Origin: an uncultured Bacilli bacterium
GTDB taxonomy: Bacteria; Bacillota_I; Bacilli_A; RF39; UBA660
Direction of reading: 5' to 3'
Length of the DNA stretch: 64,000 bases
NCBI GenBank assembly: GCA_934096535.1
Contig: CAKOMC010000001.1
Location: 1,255 to 65,254 of the forward strand
Shown: positions 59,815 to 64,000 of the stretch, piece by piece
Layout: every line of letters starts with the position of its first letter
Numbering within the stretch: position 1 is the stretch's first letter
The notes under the pieces: model-generated
Seen by the model: only the letters and a program-made list of their open reading frames with translations
Database searches by the model: none
What the model was told of the DNA's origin: nothing
Made by a program: the position numbers and the translations under genes

Positions 59815-61215
59815 CTAGTATAAAGCACTTACCTTTTCCTTATATTCTCTTAAAATTTCTTCATTAGGAACCATAACATATAACTTACTTATCGGATAAG
59901 AGAAAGTATAATCTAAAGCAGAAGTTCCATTTAAACTAACCGACTCTATTTCATAACTAGATGGTTTACTAATCTCTTTCTTTATAAAATCCGTAATTTC
60001 TTTTTTAGTCAAATTAGTAATCATTGCATCATCTAAAACATCTAAAAATTTTGTATAACTAGTAATTATCTTCGGGCTCATAGCCTTTTTAATCAAAGCC
60101 TCTAAGACTATCATCTGATTTTCGCCTCTGGTAATATCCCCATCAGCAAAAGAATGTCTTTCTCTTACAAAGGATAAAGCCGCATCACCGTCTAAATGAT
60201 TAAGACCTTTCTTAAATTTATAAGTCTTGGTCATAGTCGAATCATAAATACCTGTTTCAAAAGCATACTTACTTTTAACATCAATACCTCCAAGTAAATT
60301 AACAATTTTAATCAAAGAAGTAAAATTAAGTCTTACATAATAATCAATTTTTACACCCGTAAAATTTTCTACTGTCTTCATGGCCGTATCAATTCCATAT
60401 AAAGAAGCATGAGTTAGTTTGTCCTTACTATTCTTACCGTATAAAGAAACATAATAATCCCTTGGAATATGAACCATAACAATTTTTTTAGTAACAGGAT
60501 TAACAGTTAAAACAATATTAACATCGCTTCTTGTCTTTGTGGCAATCTTATTATAAGTATCAACCCCACTAATATAAACGCTAAAAGTATTCTTCGTTAT
60601 ATCAATATTATTTTCTTTTACATTAGTCTTAACTGTAATTTCATAATTATAAATGCTCTTCGTACTACTTGCATAAGCCGCATCATTTTCTCTTAAAACA
60701 GTATCCGTTGCATTATCAATCAAAATAGCGGGAATTTTTTCCATTAAAAGAGCCGAAGTCAAACTAGACACATCATCAAAAGCAACAGTTTTATCGATTT
60801 TTTCCTGTATCTCCTTAACTGCCCTCGTATAACCTTCATCAGTATTTTTTAAAACCCCAATCTCTTTTAAATCGGAAACAGCTGTTTCTAAATTATTTAA
60901 AACAACAACTTTATAAGCTTCAATTTCGGTTTTCGTATGAATTTTATCTAAAAAACTATTCGTCTTATTTAAATAAACACAACCAATTATCTCAATTACA
61001 AACAAAACTATCCCTAAAAATAAAGCCCACATATGCTTATTCTTAATATTTCTGATTAAAAATAAAGCCAATCCAACTAAAACTGCACTAATCAAACCAA
61101 AATACAACAAATTTAAAACATTAGTAAAATAAAGTAATATTAAAAAAATAATATTTACTACTAATAATAAAACATTAAAATATTGATAAAACTTCTTTTT
61201 CTTTTTTTTCTTCAT
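59815..61215 (-). CDS. LCP-family (LytR-CpsA-Psr) cell-envelope phosphotransferase
   Basis: An N-terminal transmembrane anchor, then the LCP-domain pattern …NIVLTVNPVTKKIVMVHIPRDYYV…GGIDV…. Size is 466 aa. Confidence 0.7.
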   Translation of the reverse strand: MKKKKKKKFYQYFNVLLLVVNIIFLILLYFTNVLNLLYFGLISAVLVGLALFLIRNIKNKHMWALFLGIVLFVIEIIGCVYLNKTNSFLDKIHTKTEIEAYKVVVLNNLETAVSDLKEIGVLKNTDEGYTRAVKEIQEKIDKTVAFDDVSSLTSALLMEKIPAILIDNATDTVLRENDAAYASSTKSIYNYEITVKTNVKENNIDITKNTFSVYISGVDTYNKIATKTRSDVNIVLTVNPVTKKIVMVHIPRDYYVSLYGKNSKDKLTHASLYGIDTAMKTVENFTGVKIDYYVRLNFTSLIKIVNLLGGIDVKSKYAFETGIYDSTMTKTYKFKKGLNHLDGDAALSFVRERHSFADGDITRGENQMIVLEALIKKAMSPKIITSYTKFLDVLDDAMITNLTKKEITDFIKKEISKPSSYEIESVSLNGTSALDYTFSYPISKLYVMVPNEEILREYKEKVSALY

Positions 61216-61602
61216 TCATCTCACCCTTTTAAAAATCATATTTTTTCTAAAATTTTATTTATCTAAAATCATTTAACCCTAAAATATCATTTAATCTTAA
61301 AACCATATTCATTTACAATCCTAAAATATCCTAAAGAATAAATATCATTAGGTAATCTTGTATAATCTTTTAAATAATTTTATAAAGCTTTTCGCTTCGA
61401 ATAAAATTATAACACATTTATATTAAGATACCAATTTTATCATCATTACTTGACATCTTTTTTACTTTTTTTACAATTATAAATTTTTTCGTATTTTTTT
61501 CTTCTACTCTCTATTATTATAAAGCTAATTATTTACCAAAAGAAAATATTGTTAAATTAAACCAATTAGGATATAATAAAATAGAAAATAAGGAGACCTC
61601 TT

Positions 61603-63561
61603 ATGAATAAATTTATCCAAAAATTAAAAAACAGTAACAAAGTTTACTTAAGTATTTTAATAATAACTCTAATCGCATATATAATAGGTTATACAATTTT
61701 TGTAAAAAACATCGCCGTCCTGACGGGTATTGAAACCTTAGTCCGTATGATACTTATTATCCTCTTTGGAATCTGGTTTTTGGTATGGCTAATCATGGGT
61801 CTGGTCTATGTCATTAATAAAAAGTATTCTAGTTTCATTATCATGATTATATTTACTCTTTTGTTTAATGGTATTTTCTTTGTAGCTGGTTATTATATTG
61901 ATACTATTTATAAAGAAATAGATAATATTAGTAAAGATACCATAAATTATACAACCTACTTAATCAGTCTTAAAGATAAAGATTTCGATAGTGATAGTAA
62001 AATTGGTATTATTAGTGATACTTCTAATATTGAGGGAAATGTTTTAGCTAAAGAATTGATAGCTAAAGATAACTTAGCTAATAAATTATATCAATATGAA
62101 GATTTTTATGTCATGTTAGATGATTTATATAGTGGTAAGATTGATGCTTGTTTTGTTTCAAGTAACTACGCTATTCTCTTTGCTTCGGAAGAAAAATATC
62201 AAAATATTAAAGATGAAACTAAGGTAGTTTTACAATATAGCAAAGAAATGAAAAATCAAGATAATATTAGCTATACTAATAAAAAGTTGACGGAACCATT
62301 TACTATTTTAGTAATGGGAGTTGATAGTGAAGCCAATGGTCTTAATGCTAATGGAGCTTTTAATGGCGATACTTTAATGATGGTAACTTTTAATCCTAAA
62401 ACTTTATCAGCTTCCATGTTTAGTGTCCCAAGAGATCTTTATGTTCCTATAAAATGTCGTAATAATGCCTTAGCTAAGATAAATTCTTCGGCGGCTTATG
62501 GTACTAGTTGTGTTATTAATACCATGAAACAACTTACGGATATTGATATTGATTATTATGTTAAAATGAATTTTAAAGGGGTTGTCGATTTAGTTGAAGC
62601 TCTAGGGGGTGTTACGGTTAATGTTGAAGAACCTTGGAGTTGGTATAATGCCGGGGTTAACTATGGTGGCAAGGTTTGTGAACAAAACTCTAACCGAGAA
62701 TTTGGCGATAAAGTTGTTTGTATGGATCCAGGAGTTCAAACTTTAAATGGTGAGCAGGCTCTAGCCTATGCCCGTAATCGTCATCAATATATTGGTTCTG
62801 ACTTAGACCGAATTAGACACCAGCAAGATGTTGTGGAAGCTATCGTTGAAAAAGCTAAAACCCTTCGTAGTTTTGATGATTTTAAAAATGTTTTAAATGC
62901 TGTTCAAAAAAATATGGATACCAACATGACTACAGACCAAATTTTATCTTTATATGATGTTGGTAAATCTTTCCTTGTAAATACTATTAATGGTAATGAA
63001 GTAAAATTTTCTATTTACAAAACCACTTTAGAAACTTATAGTCTACCTGTTTATCTCGGTTATTCTACTACATCAGCCCTAGGTTATTATAAAGATAGTT
63101 TAGAAGATATCAAAAAAATGATGAAAACTAATTTAGAATTAATTGAAAAAGTTCCTAATAAAACATTTAGCATTGATTATAATGAAAATTATACATTAAA
63201 ATTTTATGGCAAAAAAATCTATGGCGCCAAGTCAGTTGCTACGATGCCAAATTTAATTGGTTCTTCGGCTCTTTATGCTAGTAACTGGGCTGCAAGTAAT
63301 GGGGTTAACTTAACAAAAGTAGAAGTTTATGAAGGTGATGAGCATTTCAACTATTTATATGCTGATGGAGTTGTTGCTGACCAATCAATTCATGTTAATT
63401 CGGTAATTGAGTCAGGTACTAATTTAACTCTTTATGTTAATAGAAGGTCAAGTAATATTGATAATTCTAATACTAATGATAATAACAGTAATAGTGAAAA
63501 TAATGCTAATGATACGCCTACTCGTGGTGAAAATGATACAGTAATTGATAATGAGGAGTAA
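61603..63561 (+). CDS. LCP-family protein with extra C-terminal domain and Asn/Ser-rich tail
   Basis: N-terminal transmembrane helices, then the LCP core (…GDTLMMVTFNPKTLSASMFSVPRDLYVPI…LGGVTVNV…LAYARNRH), plus an additional ~250-aa C-terminal region. Size is 652 aa. Confidence 0.7.
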   Translation: MNKFIQKLKNSNKVYLSILIITLIAYIIGYTIFVKNIAVLTGIETLVRMILIILFGIWFLVWLIMGLVYVINKKYSSFIIMIIFTLLFNGIFFVAGYYIDTIYKEIDNISKDTINYTTYLISLKDKDFDSDSKIGIISDTSNIEGNVLAKELIAKDNLANKLYQYEDFYVMLDDLYSGKIDACFVSSNYAILFASEEKYQNIKDETKVVLQYSKEMKNQDNISYTNKKLTEPFTILVMGVDSEANGLNANGAFNGDTLMMVTFNPKTLSASMFSVPRDLYVPIKCRNNALAKINSSAAYGTSCVINTMKQLTDIDIDYYVKMNFKGVVDLVEALGGVTVNVEEPWSWYNAGVNYGGKVCEQNSNREFGDKVVCMDPGVQTLNGEQALAYARNRHQYIGSDLDRIRHQQDVVEAIVEKAKTLRSFDDFKNVLNAVQKNMDTNMTTDQILSLYDVGKSFLVNTINGNEVKFSIYKTTLETYSLPVYLGYSTTSALGYYKDSLEDIKKMMKTNLELIEKVPNKTFSIDYNENYTLKFYGKKIYGAKSVATMPNLIGSSALYASNWAASNGVNLTKVEVYEGDEHFNYLYADGVVADQSIHVNSVIESGTNLTLYVNRRSSNIDNSNTNDNNSNSENNANDTPTRGENDTVIDNEE

Positions 63562-63769
63562 AATACTTCTCATTTTTTATGTCTTAAAAAGCTTTAAATA
63601 TTCTAGATACTTAATTGTTTTTATCGAAATCACTCCTATTTATAAAACTATTTACCTTTGCATAAAACTACTAATTATTATGTTAAAATAGCTTATCTTC
63701 TTAATAAAAAAATAATTTTAAAAATTAAAAAAAGACATTTAAAAAGAAAGAAATTATTAAAAATTCTTT

Positions 63770-64000
63770 CTATTTTTTAGTATTCTTGTTATCTTTATTA
63801 TTTTCAACTGGTCCATAGGCTACAACACTATATTTATTATCCTCTTTAGTTAAAATAACATCAACTTTTTTATCATAACCTAAATCACTTACATAGGTAA
63901 CATCTGCCGTTACTTCATAGGCAGAGACACTCTCTTCCCCCATTTTATAAGTAGTAGTTTTAAGTTCATTCACTACAACATCACTAACTTCTGGTAATAA
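63770..64000 (-). CDS. hypothetical protein, probably partial (reading frame stays open upstream to the window end)
   Basis: The ORF track shows 63770-63973. The 27 nt between 63974 and 64000 are in frame with no stop. Confidence 0.3.
   Translation of the reverse strand, partial: LLPEVSDVVVNELKTTTYKMGEESVSAYEVTADVTYVSDLGYDKKVDVILTKEDNKYSVVAYGPVENNKDNKNTKK

Noticed and set aside
1-64000. Mollicutes genetic code 4 (TGA read as Trp), given the very low GC
   Set aside because: Long conserved genes such as rpoB, pcrA and the SNF2 helicase are uninterrupted under the standard code and end at TGA stops (for example rpoB at 2789-2791). LCP and glycosylation genes also imply a cell wall.

Overview
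This is an AT-rich chromosomal segment from a low-GC Gram-positive bacterium, probably a Firmicutes lineage with a cell wall (Erysipelotrichia- or Bacilli-like). The standard genetic code is in use: TGA acts as a stop and long ORFs are intact. Genes for LCP-family cell-wall ligases, a GtrA/GtrB/GalE glycosylation cluster and SpoIIIAH/GerE/GerM-like proteins argue against a wall-less Mollicute.

Core genes are almost all on the minus strand. They are rpoC (partial) and rpoB with a ybxB-like methyltransferase upstream, two flavoprotein oxidoreductases, and a Y-family polymerase with a YolD-like partner. Next come an SNF2/SWIM helicase, an RlmI-like methyltransferase, pcrA, ruvA, an NT5C-like gene and ruvB, an ABC transporter, frr, obg and a gltX-like glutamyl-tRNA synthetase.

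Four tRNAs are present, identified by hand-folding: elongator Met-CAT, Ala-TGC, Arg-TCT and Gln-CTG.

The standout region is 49.1–59.7 kb. It carries a paralogous family of secreted or membrane-anchored proteins that share an N-terminal module (signal anchor, then C…W.(G)L…K(K/T)KC.(L/V)YF) with divergent C-termini. Three tandem copies and one distant copy are each preceded by a ~280–290 bp cassette. Each cassette is bounded by a 25-bp site made of perfect 9-bp palindromic arms (TTCATAGAG / CTCTATGAA) around a 7-bp asymmetric core. Within each cassette the two cores are exact reverse complements of each other. The core sequence differs between the four loci. This is the lox/FRT-like arrangement expected for four invertible DNA switches with mutually incompatible spacers. 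No recombinase gene is present in the window.

Several other features sit around this region. A perfect GGGGTGGGTGGGTGGG G-quadruplex motif lies just after the tandem cluster. One paralog carries an in-frame TAG. One family member has an FGE-sulfatase-like C-terminus. A glycine-rich family member lies next to the glycosylation cluster. A two-gene P-loop cassette is flanked by related palindromic elements.
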